A stretch of DNA of 64,000 bases, taken from a virus. Every line of letters starts with the position of its first letter. Position 1 is the stretch's first letter. The notes under the pieces were generated by a model. The model had not been told where the DNA came from and made no database searches. It saw only the letters and a program-made list of their open reading frames with translations. Both the position numbers and the translations under genes were made by a program. The DNA lies in the IMG/VR virus record IMGVR_UViG_3300046519_000214, positions 1-64,000 of that record. One strand, 5' to 3'. Of this stretch, positions 1-8,574 are shown piece after piece.

Positions 1-916
1 ACTGGTCCTGGATCGCGTTACCGATCTCCAGGCCGAGCTCGCGGTGGATTGCGAAGTGGTTCATCTTCGTCCACTGACGGATCGACTGCAGAGCTGCCCA
101 GTAATCGTCACCGACCTGGGTGTCGGCGGGGAGCCAAGCGTTGTGTGCCGGTACCCGAGGAGCGTGGATCTTTGTATGCCGTTCAGCTGCCGCCTTACCC
201 CGCTTGTAGAGCTGGGCGCCGAGACCGCGGGAGCCGTGGTGGGTGACGACAGCGAGCTCGCCCGTCGACTGAAGCCGGCCGACGAAGAGGAAGTGGTTAC
301 CATCGCCCTGGGTCATGAAATGGTTCAGAGCGAACTGCTCGAGGCCCTTCAGGAATGGGTTGCGGTCGAAGGCACCAGCCAGCTTGTTGAGCTCGTCGTT
401 CCACCGGATCGGTGATGGGCGTCCACCAGGGCCGAAGTGAGTGACCCTCATAGCCGCATCGAGCACCTTGCTGACGTCTTCCTGGCGCTTGAACACCGAG
501 ATGAACATCGAGCAGCAGATGTCTGCCGAGTGGAAGCCAGGATGGATCGCGCCCTTCGTTGCGACGACGCCGCCCACGGGGATCGTGCCGAGAGCCGAGC
601 CCGAGGGGCAAGCGTCAGGCATCACTGCCGCACGCTCGATCGTCGGGGTCCGCACGAGCGCGTCCATGTGGGTCAGGACCGAGGTCGTGTTCAGGAGCTC
701 GTCGTCAGTCTCCGGTTCGATGAACTGGCCGAACGGGATGGAATTGGTCCGCAGGATGAGCTCAGGGGGCGTCTTCGGCGCCTGAGCCATGATTATGAAC
801 TTGATATCCTCGAACCCTCGACCTTGTCTCTCCATGAACTGAGCAGACGCGAGTGCCTCAGCGAACGCAGGTCCTTTCGGGAAGCCCCATTCAATAAGGG
901 TGTGTCCGGTAATCAA
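1..916 (-). CDS. rtcB: RtcB-family RNA ligase (3' end runs off the window)
   Basis: Manual translation from TTG at 916, overlapping the upstream stop: MITGHTLIEWGFPKGPAFAEAL...AVMPDACPSGSALGTIPVGGVVATKGAIHPGFHSADICCSM...TQGDGNHFLFVG...VTHHGSRGLG. MPDA, DxxC, GxGNHF and HxGSRG are RtcB motifs. Absent from the ORF track because there is no stop in the window. Confidence 0.92.
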   Translation of the reverse strand, partial: MITGHTLIEWGFPKGPAFAEALASAQFMERQGRGFEDIKFIIMAQAPKTPPELILRTNSIPFGQFIEPETDDELLNTTSVLTHMDALVRTPTIERAAVMPDACPSGSALGTIPVGGVVATKGAIHPGFHSADICCSMFISVFKRQEDVSKVLDAAMRVTHFGPGGRPSPIRWNDELNKLAGAFDRNPFLKGLEQFALNHFMTQGDGNHFLFVGRLQSTGELAVVTHHGSRGLGAQLYKRGKAAAERHTKIHAPRVPAHNAWLPADTQVGDDYWAALQSIRQWTKMNHFAIHRELGLEIGNAIQDQ

Positions 917-1191
917 TTGTCGTGTTCCTCTTCCGGAGTTTCTACACCGGCCTCTTCGTTGGTCACGTAGACCCATGCCATGACGAAAGCGCCGTCGTCG
1001 CCGCGAGAGATGACCGTGTCGACGTCGACCTCGAGCTCATCATCGGTCTTGACAGCTGCGGCGAAGGCCGCGGTATCAGGATCAGGTGGCTCGTTAAGAC
1101 GTTCGATGAGTGCTCCAACGTCAGCCCCTGGTAATTGAGCGAGCCCTTCGAGCACGAGGAGTCGCTCGGCATCATCAAGCCGCAGCCACAT
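913..1191 (-). CDS. hypothetical phage protein (MWLRLDDAERLL...)
   Basis: ORF packed against its neighbours; the ATG at 1191 overlaps the end of the upstream gene. Confidence 0.65.
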   Translation of the reverse strand: MWLRLDDAERLLVLEGLAQLPGADVGALIERLNEPPDPDTAAFAAAVKTDDELEVDVDTVISRGDDGAFVMAWVYVTNEEAGVETPEEEHDN

Positions 1192-1522
1192 CGAGGCCCC
1201 TCCCCTCGAGCGCCTCGAGCTCGTTCGCTGGAACCGTGCCGTGCTTGCCGGTGTCGAACTTGACCCAGACAGAGTCCTCGCTGTTCGCGACGACGGTGCC
1301 CCTGATCGGCGTTCGACCGCTGTTGATCTTCTGGACTCGCTCACCTGGAGCGAAGAACGGGATCTGGATCGTGAGCTGCTCAGGCTTCACGAAGATCGTC
1401 TGGTGATGGTCTTCGACCTTGATCGAGACCTGGCCACCAATGTGGTTGACCTCGGCGTCGTAATGTCGCTCGACGACGGCGCGGATGGTGACGATGTCAC
1501 CCTTGCGGTATGTGCGGCTCAT
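1175..1522 (-). CDS. hypothetical protein with two SH3/KOW-like small beta repeats
   Basis: MSRTYRKGDIVTIRAVV...FFAPGERVQK...GTVVA...VWVKFD; RBS AGGAG upstream. Confidence 0.65.
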   Translation of the reverse strand: MSRTYRKGDIVTIRAVVERHYDAEVNHIGGQVSIKVEDHHQTIFVKPEQLTIQIPFFAPGERVQKINSGRTPIRGTVVANSEDSVWVKFDTGKHGTVPANELEALEGRGLDVAAA

Positions 1523-1911
1523 GCTGTCTCCTTCTGAGTGATCGTCCGCATCAGCTTGAGCAGCTGGGACTGGGTGAAGAGGTAAAGCGTGCAGTCGTCG
1601 TCCTGGGCAGGATCCGCGATCTGATCGACGGCCTCGAGTAAGTAGCCGTCTGCTTCGTCGTTGATGAAACCATCCTCGCGTGTCAGGCTCGCATTCGCCT
1701 CGAGCAACATCCGGCACCAGCCGCTGGGTAGTTCCGGACTTTCGGCGTTTACGAAGACGCAGGTAGGAAGGATCGCGTCGATTTCCTCGAGCGAAGGGTT
1801 GCCTTCCATCGAGCCCTTGAGCGTGATTTCCTTATAATTTTTCTGATCACTGACGATCAGCTCGAACGTGCCATCCTGGAATGAGGCGAAGCCGAGTTGT
1901 AGTTGGGTCAT
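1519..1911 (-). CDS. hypothetical protein
   Basis: TAATG overlap with the upstream gene; acidic 130-aa ORF. Confidence 0.65.
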   Translation of the reverse strand: MTQLQLGFASFQDGTFELIVSDQKNYKEITLKGSMEGNPSLEEIDAILPTCVFVNAESPELPSGWCRMLLEANASLTREDGFINDEADGYLLEAVDQIADPAQDDDCTLYLFTQSQLLKLMRTITQKETA

Positions 1912-2714
1912 TAGTGGCCGTTCCAATCTTTGACGGAGGTGAGGTTGAGATCCTTGCCGAGCTCTTCGACGAAATCGGCAGCCTTCTGCCCTTCCTCGAA
2001 TGCAGACTCGAAAAGTTCGGGGTGTTCGTTCAGGAGCTCAGGATAGCCCCAGAGACGCTTCGCAGCGGCGCGGGCCTGGTTCAGCCAGGTCGTGCGAGGA
2101 TCGTTGTGCTCGAACCGATCAGGGTCGCTCGTGAGCATGTCCTGGAAGATCGCGTCGATGTCTGGCTGGTAGGCCTCGCCGGCATATTGGTTGTCCATGG
2201 CGAGCTTCTTCCAGTCGAGACGAATGAGAACCGCCGGGACGAACTCCCAGTCGTATGCCTCCACGAACTCGTAATCGAGCTCAGTCATCCGATCGTGGAC
2301 GGCGAGCACGATCGTGCCGGCCTGCTGCGAGCACATCCGCATAGCGGCGTAGCCGAGGCCTTCCCAGACGCCGTGGAAGATCTTGTGTTTCGGGTTCTCG
2401 AACATCCACTCCCAGGAGCAGAGCGCCGCCTCCATTTCGAGGGGTGAGAACATTTCTCGTCGGGAAACCCTTGCAGACGTGAAGTCCAGCTCGACGTCCT
2501 CGAGCGAGTGCTGATCTTTGTAGTCGTCGAGCTCGAGGAGCGCGGCGTAAGCCTCATCGACGGAGGCTGGGAATGGTTCCGATTTGTGGTTCTCCCAATC
2601 GCTCTCTACACGGCTGCGAAACTCGGCTTCCGCTTCGGACTTCTTGGTGAACGTGTTGGTCGTGAAGCCGACCCAATCATTGTAGCTGATGACATTCCAG
2701 ACGGTGATTTTCAT
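1911..2714 (-). CDS. hypothetical phage protein (267 aa)
   Basis: Long ORF with RBS GAGGAG. Confidence 0.75.
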   Translation of the reverse strand: MKITVWNVISYNDWVGFTTNTFTKKSEAEAEFRSRVESDWENHKSEPFPASVDEAYAALLELDDYKDQHSLEDVELDFTSARVSRREMFSPLEMEAALCSWEWMFENPKHKIFHGVWEGLGYAAMRMCSQQAGTIVLAVHDRMTELDYEFVEAYDWEFVPAVLIRLDWKKLAMDNQYAGEAYQPDIDAIFQDMLTSDPDRFEHNDPRTTWLNQARAAAKRLWGYPELLNEHPELFESAFEEGQKAADFVEELGKDLNLTSVKDWNGH

Positions 2715-2727
2715 GGGAGCTCCTCGC

Positions 2728-2760
2728 TAAAAGAAAAAGGCCACCCGGATGGGGTGGCCT
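2728..2760 (-). terminator. intrinsic terminator-like hairpin
   Basis: AGGCCACCCC-ATCC-GGGTGGCCT followed by TTTTCTTTT on the minus strand, downstream of terB. Confidence 0.7.
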
Positions 2761-2786
2761 CTGCGGTCATTCTGATTTTGGGAGGA

Positions 2787-3236
2787 TCAGAACTCGAACT
2801 TGGCAGCGTCGACGCCGAGACGGGCAGCGAGCTTCTTCAGGATATCGGCTTCCGCCGGTTCCTGTTCGCCGTCCGAGTTGGCGATGTCGAGAGCGATCAG
2901 GTAGGCGTCTTCTGCCATCTGGGCGCCATCCGTCTTGCCCTTCACGTCGTCGAGCTCGCGGGCCAGCATCTGGCGACCGGAGGCGTCCTTCGCACGCTTG
3001 AACATGGTCTCGGCCGTCGACTCGATGACCTGCGTCGAGTAGAGCTTGGACAGTGTCGGGTGGTTCGAGATGATCGAGATCACCTTACGGCGCTCGGACT
3101 CTTCGATTTCGCCATCAGCTGCGGCGACGAGGGCAGATGCAGCGAGAACCGCTTCGAGGAAGTCCTTGTTCTGGCCGTACTCAGCCTTGACTTCCTTGGT
3201 TGCAGCGCCAGCGACTTTCTTCAGAATACCAAACAT
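2787..3236 (-). CDS. terB: TerB-family (tellurite resistance-like) protein
   Basis: FLEAVLAASALVAAADGEIEESERRKV...IALDIANSDGEQEPAEADIL, the typical doubled ADG motif of TerB; RBS AAGGAG. Confidence 0.85.
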   Translation of the reverse strand: MFGILKKVAGAATKEVKAEYGQNKDFLEAVLAASALVAAADGEIEESERRKVISIISNHPTLSKLYSTQVIESTAETMFKRAKDASGRQMLARELDDVKGKTDGAQMAEDAYLIALDIANSDGEQEPAEADILKKLAARLGVDAAKFEF

Positions 3237-3262
3237 ATTTATCTCCTTGATGATGTTGGGTT

Positions 3263-3379
3263 TTAGAACTTTAGGAACGACTTGCGTCGATCCCACTTGC
3301 CACGGAGGATCCAGACCATGCTGGTCCAGCACAGCCCGAGCGCCAGCTCAGGCAGATTGTTGATGATTGCGAAAATCAT
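3263..3379 (-). CDS. small hydrophobic peptide (38 aa)
   Basis: MIFAIINNLPELALGLCWTSMVWILRGKWDRRKSFLKF; below the ORF-track cutoff; AGAAGGG upstream. Confidence 0.45.
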   Translation of the reverse strand: MIFAIINNLPELALGLCWTSMVWILRGKWDRRKSFLKF

Positions 3380-3450
3380 GAGTTACCCTTCTGAGCCAAC
3401 GGGCTCCATGAGGGGCTCCCCCACGGGGGAGCCCATCGCAGAGACGGTTG

Positions 3451-4314
3451 TTAGGAGCCGAAGTTGGAGACGACGTTCTGGCGAGCCTTCATGACCGACC
3501 GGATCAGTGTCTTGCGGACATTGGCGTCAGATAGCGTGTCCTTGTTGACGTAGACCTTGGCGAGCCAAGAGATGGTCGACTTGCCGCTGAACCAGCCCTG
3601 CAGCTTCGGGTAGGTGCCCGAGGGGATCTTGCTGTAGGTGTAGAGCGGCTTGCCCTGACTATCCGGAGCGTCGTCGAAGTCCTTGTCGTTGACACCGACG
3701 AGGACCAAGTTGTCGCTGTAAAGCTCGTCGGCCGACCGCATTACGGAGTTGATGAGAGCAGCCGGTACCAGTGCGCACGTCGTCTGGTCGTTGGCGACGG
3801 CCGAGAGTGCATCATCACCACTTTCGGCAGTGGGGCGGACGCCAGAGTAGTCGCTGTCCTCCGAGATGAAGTTCTGCCAAATCAACCAGGCGCCCGAGCC
3901 ACGCTCGCCAAGAGCGATCGAATACTTGGTCGCGTCGTTTTCGAGACCCCCGATGTCAGTAATGCCAGAATTTTTTCCGCAGACTGCGGTTGCATATTCA
4001 CGGTGAAGGTCAGCGATCGGCAGGAACTTGGCGGCGTTGGCCGGCTCGGTTCGCTTGAGGTAAGCAAGAGCATCGGGCTGGGCGATAATTGCATCGCACT
4101 TGCCTTGGAGAGAGAGCTGGACGTTGCCCCAGCTACCACCAGTATCTTTAACGACTTCGACATCCAGGCCGTTCCCCTTGGCTTCGTCCTTGATGAGTTC
4201 GCCAGCTGCGGCGTAGGGTTGATCCGCGGCGCCAGTGCAGAGGCGGATGGTTGCGGCATGAGCAGGCACAGAAATGAGCAGCGCCGCTATGGCGCCGAGG
4301 AAAAATTTCTTCAT
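3451..4314 (-). CDS. TAXI-family TRAP transporter solute-binding (periplasmic) protein
   Basis: Signal peptide MKKFFLGAIAALLISVPAHA; TGA..Y, TGGSWGNV, D.IIAQPD, LHREY and GERGSG motifs typical of TAXI. Confidence 0.8.
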   Translation of the reverse strand: MKKFFLGAIAALLISVPAHAATIRLCTGAADQPYAAAGELIKDEAKGNGLDVEVVKDTGGSWGNVQLSLQGKCDAIIAQPDALAYLKRTEPANAAKFLPIADLHREYATAVCGKNSGITDIGGLENDATKYSIALGERGSGAWLIWQNFISEDSDYSGVRPTAESGDDALSAVANDQTTCALVPAALINSVMRSADELYSDNLVLVGVNDKDFDDAPDSQGKPLYTYSKIPSGTYPKLQGWFSGKSTISWLAKVYVNKDTLSDANVRKTLIRSVMKARQNVVSNFGS

Positions 4315-4385
4315 GGGATCTCCTGATGAAGTTGCGTGATTTTGGTAGTTGGTCCCCATGTTGGGGGACAATCCGTGATCGGCGG

Positions 4386-4400
4386 GAGTTCTGAGAACTC
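4386..4400. promoter_or_regulatory. palindromic operator-like box GAGTTCTNAGAACTC
   Basis: Perfect 7-1-7 palindrome; recurs at 18110, 18204, 20465 and partially at 62665. Confidence 0.6.
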
Positions 4401-4404
4401 GGGC

Positions 4405-4430
4405 AAAAAAAAGCCCGCTCGGGGCGGGCC
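4405..4430 (-). terminator. intrinsic terminator
   Basis: GCCCGC-CCCGA-GCGGGC followed by a T8 run on the minus strand. Confidence 0.75.
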
Positions 4431-4717
4431 TAGATGGGAATGTCTTCTGCGAAGTCTTGGGGTCGTGCCTTTCTCATTTCTCGCTGGACCTGCTCCAGCT
4501 GTTTCAATTTTCCGGAATTGCCCTTGCGTCGGCAGACCTCGATCGCGTTAGCGCGATGCTCGGGCGTCATGTCGTACATGTTGATCAGGCCCTCGGCCGA
4601 TCGCCACATGAAGTCGCCGCTTCCAGATTGATAGGTCGGTCGTCGCCGGCTGCGGCGGTGGTCATGGGCCACGCCGAAGATCATCCGGTCGATCATTTCG
4701 TCGGCCATTTCACCCAT
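4430..4717 (-). CDS. hypothetical protein (MGEMADEM... phage family)
   Basis: ORF in the operon; MGEMAD N-terminus is common in small phage proteins. Confidence 0.65.
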   Translation of the reverse strand: MGEMADEMIDRMIFGVAHDHRRSRRRPTYQSGSGDFMWRSAEGLINMYDMTPEHRANAIEVCRRKGNSGKLKQLEQVQREMRKARPQDFAEDIPI

Positions 4718-5078
4718 CGAGATCCTCCGTCACAACGTACCGACCCAGTCGGTACTTTCCGTTCCTGCTGTCCTGGCGAACGAACCAACCCTTCTCGGTC
4801 AGCTCGGGAAGGAGTTCGTTAATGGCGCGGAGGGCAATGAGCGCCCTCCCCGGTAGTGTTTCCCGGCGCCGCTGCTGTTCCTCGCGTTTGATCTCGCGAT
4901 GAACCATCTTCTGCAGATCGAGAATTTCGAACCAGGTTCGCTGTCCGCCACCCTTCCAACTCTTCACGAGAGGCCAGGTAATTGTCAGGAACTGCTCAGC
5001 GGTCGAAATACCATTGTTCCGCAGCAAGTTACCGGCTCGAACGCTCAATTCGAGCGTGTCGATGAAGGTGTTAGCCAT
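4710..5078 (-). CDS. RNA polymerase alpha-subunit CTD-like domain protein
   Basis: FIDTLELSVRAGNLLRNNGISTAEQFL resembles the alphaCTD signature IDDLELSVRSxNxLxxxGI. Confidence 0.7.
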   Translation of the reverse strand: MANTFIDTLELSVRAGNLLRNNGISTAEQFLTITWPLVKSWKGGGQRTWFEILDLQKMVHREIKREEQQRRRETLPGRALIALRAINELLPELTEKGWFVRQDSRNGKYRLGRYVVTEDLDG

Positions 5079-5607
5079 AATGCCGACCTTCAGCCTGATC
5101 CTGCTGGCTCCTGACATGGAACAAGTCCTTGAGTGCCTTGTCGACGAAGTCTCGGAGTTGAGCACGGAGACCATCCTTGAGGTGGGCGGTCACTGTGACA
5201 GCTTCGGCTTTGAGAAGTTTGGAGAAATCCTCACCGCAAGCCTTGAGCATCACGTATTGAGCGCGGGTCATGGCTGAACTGTAGGAGTCTTTGGTCTCCT
5301 TGCCGTTACTGTCTACCTTCTTCTCCCAGTAACCAGAGACGGCGTCTTCGAGCTGCTTCCGGATCGTCGTGGCCTCCCCCTGTGGTTGGCCCCAGGAATC
5401 GACACGCCGGTACTCACGGTCGAATCCATCTTCGACCGCCTGGTCGATTGCTGCACGGATCCGCACTTCGGCCTGTTCTTTGAAGAGAGTGTCGATGCGG
5501 GATTTGAACTCGACGTCGATCTGGCGAGTGTAGTCGCGATTTTCGAGAAGGCGCTCCACCGCGCTTTCAACGATTGCCTTTTCAATTGCTGCCTGGTTTA
5601 GTTCCAT
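5071..5607 (-). CDS. hypothetical phage protein
   Basis: 178-aa helical ORF with GGAG RBS. Confidence 0.7.
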   Translation of the reverse strand: MELNQAAIEKAIVESAVERLLENRDYTRQIDVEFKSRIDTLFKEQAEVRIRAAIDQAVEDGFDREYRRVDSWGQPQGEATTIRKQLEDAVSGYWEKKVDSNGKETKDSYSSAMTRAQYVMLKACGEDFSKLLKAEAVTVTAHLKDGLRAQLRDFVDKALKDLFHVRSQQDQAEGRHYG

Positions 5608-5613
5608 TTTCGG

Positions 5614-5648
5614 CTCCAAAACAAAAAGCCCCGGCGGTTGCCAGGGCT
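5614..5648 (-). terminator. terminator hairpin fused to the RBS of the next gene (repeat copy 1)
   Basis: AGCCCTGG-CAACCG-CCGGGGCT-TTTTGTTTT-GGAG; 33/35 identical to 7206..7240. Confidence 0.7.
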
Positions 5649-5706
5649 GTGAACGTTGATTATATTGCTGGAGCAAGGGACAGGACCGAAATCCTGCCCC
5701 CCGCTC

Positions 5707-5796
5707 TTAGATTACGAAGACGACCCGCACATCAGCCTGCCAGCCTGTGCGGGTTTTTCGTATCGTAAGAGTGAGGTTGATGGGTAAGAACCACAT
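5707..5796 (-). CDS. 29-aa peptide MWFLPINLTLTIRKTRTGWQADVRVVFVI
   Basis: GGAG RBS upstream, followed by a hairpin; not in the ORF track. Confidence 0.5.
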   Translation of the reverse strand: MWFLPINLTLTIRKTRTGWQADVRVVFVI

Positions 5797-5822
5797 CGCT
5801 CAACTCCAGTTTGAGGACCAGG

Positions 5823-6167
5823 CTATGCCCAGTCAGGAGAACCATTCTCCTGATGCACCTGGCAGGATGCGTCTGCTTCGGCCCCCAAAGACTCATGTGA
5901 CAGTTCTAGCTCATCCGGAGCCACGCTGTCGATGTACTCACTGTCCACCGACATATTTGTGGCTAGGCTCAGCTCCGGAAGCTCTGGATCGTCGAAGCTG
6001 CGTTCACTGACCGGTACACGGTCCTCGCCCACTTCGAACTCGTCGACTGGCATCTGCAGGCATTCATATCTGAGCTTGCGGAGCTTCTCGACTGCCTCTT
6101 CCGGCGTGGCCGCTCGGATGTAAGCCGTCGCCCAAACTTTCACGTCGATCGAATAGACGTTGGTCAT
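5823..6167 (-). CDS. hypothetical protein
   Basis: ATGA overlap with the upstream gene. Confidence 0.65.
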   Translation of the reverse strand: MTNVYSIDVKVWATAYIRAATPEEAVEKLRKLRYECLQMPVDEFEVGEDRVPVSERSFDDPELPELSLATNMSVDSEYIDSVAPDELELSHESLGAEADASCQVHQENGSPDWA

Positions 6168-6442
6168 GGTTCGACATGCCCCACGATGATAGCATCCCTG
6201 CCCCACTCGATCACCCCGAGCTCGTTCGGATCGAAGATGAGTTCGTAGACCAAGAGCTTGTCTTCAGCCTTCGCAGCTGGCGTTCCAGAGACCAATTGGC
6301 CGCTGTAGATCGCGTCTTCAGGGCACTCCTCGAACCAGTGGGCGAGCCACATGCCGTGAGCCTGGTGCATGTTCGGGGCGCGGACGTGGAGCGTGTAATC
6401 CTCGCCGTTGTCGTCGCGACCGCAGAGGTAGTAGAGATTCAT
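6164..6442 (-). CDS. hypothetical protein
   Basis: ATGA overlap with the upstream gene. Confidence 0.65.
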   Translation of the reverse strand: MNLYYLCGRDDNGEDYTLHVRAPNMHQAHGMWLAHWFEECPEDAIYSGQLVSGTPAAKAEDKLLVYELIFDPNELGVIEWGRDAIIVGHVEP

Positions 6443-7200
6443 GCTGCAAGCTCCGGAGTGAGGCCGGTGATTTCGGCCAGGGTTCGAGGGACGCCCTTGC
6501 GAGGCATCATCATGGTTCGGCCGAGGCGCTGCTCGAGCTCCGAGTAGCGGGCGAACATTTGGGGGTTGTGCTTGGCGGCGATCGTCAGGTCACCATCGCT
6601 GGCCATGATGCAGAAGATGCAGGACAAACGGGTCATGCCGAGGGAGTAAGCGAAGTGCGGCTTCTGACCGGCGTCCTCGATCGTCTCCCATACTTCGTCG
6701 AGCGTCATCTTGTGGATCGGGAGCCAATCCCACCATGTGCGGCCGGCGATGCTGTGGCGCAGGCTGAGCTTGATCGGGGTCGCCTTAGCACGGTTCGAGC
6801 TCTCTTCGGCTCGCAGCCCCATGCAGTTGACGACGTGACCGCCGAAGTGTGGATTTTCGCGGAGGTAGCGGCGGATCTCGCGGTTGATCGGATCCCGCTT
6901 CAGGTCGCTCGTGCATTGCCGCTGCTGCGGCGACGGGAACATGCCTCGACGCTCGACCATCTCCAAGAACGTCTTGTTTTCGTTCTTGCAGACGATCAGC
7001 GGCAGGCCCTCGGTCGTCGCCTTGATGTGGTCGATCACACCTGGCCACTCCACCTCCCCGAGGCTGGCGTGGATCACCAACAGCTGTTCATCGGGGATCA
7101 TGGCGCGGAGCACCGCGGTCATCGCTTGGCTGTCCTTGCCACCACTATGGTTGATGACAAAGAGTGCCCCTTGTTCGACAAGGGGTGTGGGGTCGTACAT
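6439..7200 (-). CDS. phosphoadenosine phosphosulfate (PAPS) reductase-family / PP-loop protein
   Basis: PP-loop SGGKDS, QRQCTSDLK, GLRAEESSNRA, WLPIH, RLSCIFC. Confidence 0.88.
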   Translation of the reverse strand: MYDPTPLVEQGALFVINHSGGKDSQAMTAVLRAMIPDEQLLVIHASLGEVEWPGVIDHIKATTEGLPLIVCKNENKTFLEMVERRGMFPSPQQRQCTSDLKRDPINREIRRYLRENPHFGGHVVNCMGLRAEESSNRAKATPIKLSLRHSIAGRTWWDWLPIHKMTLDEVWETIEDAGQKPHFAYSLGMTRLSCIFCIMASDGDLTIAAKHNPQMFARYSELEQRLGRTMMMPRKGVPRTLAEITGLTPELAA

Positions 7201-7205
7201 GGTAT

Positions 7206-7240
7206 CTCCAAAAGAAAAAGCCCCGGCGGTGGCCAGGGCT
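7206..7240 (-). terminator. terminator hairpin fused to RBS (repeat copy 2)
   Basis: Near-identical to 5614..5648; lies downstream of the par operon. Confidence 0.7.
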
Positions 7241-7271
7241 TGATTGAATGACGTGCGTTGACGCAGATGCG

Positions 7272-7559
7272 TTAAATGTTCGCTCGGTCCATGAGCTCCT
7301 TGAGAGCCTCGGGGTACGAGAGCCGCTGCTCCATCGCCCAGGTCACAAACCGGTTGTAGGTGGAGATCGGCGGACGGATGTTGAGGTTGGCGGAAGGTTC
7401 GGCTTCCTTGCGGCGGACCACCTTCTGAATCGGCTCGCGTGAAACAAAACCGTGCTTCTCAGCCACTTCGTCGATCTTGCGATCGGGAACTTTTGGTTCG
7501 TCGTCGACATCCGGCTTGATTGCGCTGAGGGCACTAAAGCCCAAGTTCTTCCCGGTCAT
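7272..7559 (-). CDS. small partition/stability determinant (probable ribbon-helix-helix centromere-binding protein)
   Basis: 95 aa, coupled to parA by ATGA; AEKHGFVSRE followed by a C-terminal NLNIRPP...YNRF...ALKELM beta-helix-helix pattern. Confidence 0.75.
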   Translation of the reverse strand: MTGKNLGFSALSAIKPDVDDEPKVPDRKIDEVAEKHGFVSREPIQKVVRRKEAEPSANLNIRPPISTYNRFVTWAMEQRLSYPEALKELMDRANI

Positions 7560-8230
7560 GCTGCTTCTTTCTTCTGGACCACGAGGTTGACCAGCTCCTC
7601 AGCGAGGCGCAGGGCGTTCTCGCGGGCCTGGGGCACGCCGTTGACCTCTCCCTCGTCAAGCTCGTTTAGATCGAGCTGGTGGAAGAACATCGACTTGTAG
7701 GCGGCACGCTCGTTCAAGTGATTGTTGAAGGAAGGCACCTCCCCTCCCCTCAGCTGCGCCAGGATCGCTTTCTCAAGCTTGGTGGCAATGACCGGCGAGG
7801 TTCGAGTGAACAGGATCTGGTACGGGATCCGCTTCTCAAATGCCTGCTCCTCTTCCTGGATCAGGCGGATGGCCTTGGCGGCGAGCTCGGCGTCGGTGGG
7901 GCTGGCCTGGATGGGGATAACCACCATCTGGGCTCGTGCGAGTGCTCGGGACATCAGGCGGCTGGCTACACCTTCAAGATCGACGAAGACGAACTGGAAT
8001 TTCTTCCGGTACTCGTCGAGCTTGGAAGTGATGTTGCTTTCGTTCACGTCGCCGTCGACGATCACGGTGTTCTTCGAGGATCCACTACGCCAGCCGGTGA
8101 TTGGTTGGTTCGGATCACAGTCGAGGATGATGGTGGTGGCGCCCTGAGCGGCCAGTGTGGTGGCGAGAACGAGGGTCGTGGTCGACTTCCCTGCCCCACC
8201 CTTGGGGTTCGCTACGGCGATAACAGGCAT
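7556..8230 (-). CDS. parA: ParA-family partition ATPase (short, type Ib-like)
   Basis: Deviant Walker A NPKGGAGKST, LDCDPNQ, FVFVDLEG; no N-terminal HTH. Confidence 0.92.
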   Translation of the reverse strand: MPVIAVANPKGGAGKSTTTLVLATTLAAQGATTIILDCDPNQPITGWRSGSSKNTVIVDGDVNESNITSKLDEYRKKFQFVFVDLEGVASRLMSRALARAQMVVIPIQASPTDAELAAKAIRLIQEEEQAFEKRIPYQILFTRTSPVIATKLEKAILAQLRGGEVPSFNNHLNERAAYKSMFFHQLDLNELDEGEVNGVPQARENALRLAEELVNLVVQKKEAA

Positions 8231-8349
8231 GTGCGTCCTTCCTGATGAACGTTGTAGCGTCATGATGCGGCGGAACGCTTTACGAGACGTTAACGTGCAT
8301 CATAATGGTTCATGAAGCGTCTGCGTCAGAGTACGTTGACGTTGACGCA

Positions 8350-8562
8350 TTATGTAGCGTACCGAACTTCGGCCACGTAGCTGGCGTTCATCTTCGCGAT
8401 CAGCTTGTCGCTAGCGTAGACTTCATACCAAGTGATGCCGTAGGTGCCGAGGTTCTCGGTGACCTCGCGGATTTCGGTGACGCCGTCGTAGTCGATGACC
8501 CACGCGGTAGGATACTCGGGCTTATGAACGGGTTCAGGACCGATGATACTCTTGATTTTCAC
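8350..8562 (-). CDS. hypothetical protein
   Basis: GTG start with AGGAGAG RBS. Confidence 0.6.
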   Translation of the reverse strand: MKIKSIIGPEPVHKPEYPTAWVIDYDGVTEIREVTENLGTYGITWYEVYASDKLIAKMNASYVAEVRYAT

Positions 8563-8574
8563 TAACTCTCCTTC

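Noticed and set aside
44-970. Plus-strand ORFs at the window start listed in the ORF track
   Set aside because: They are antisense shadows of the minus-strand rtcB frame, which carries clear family motifs
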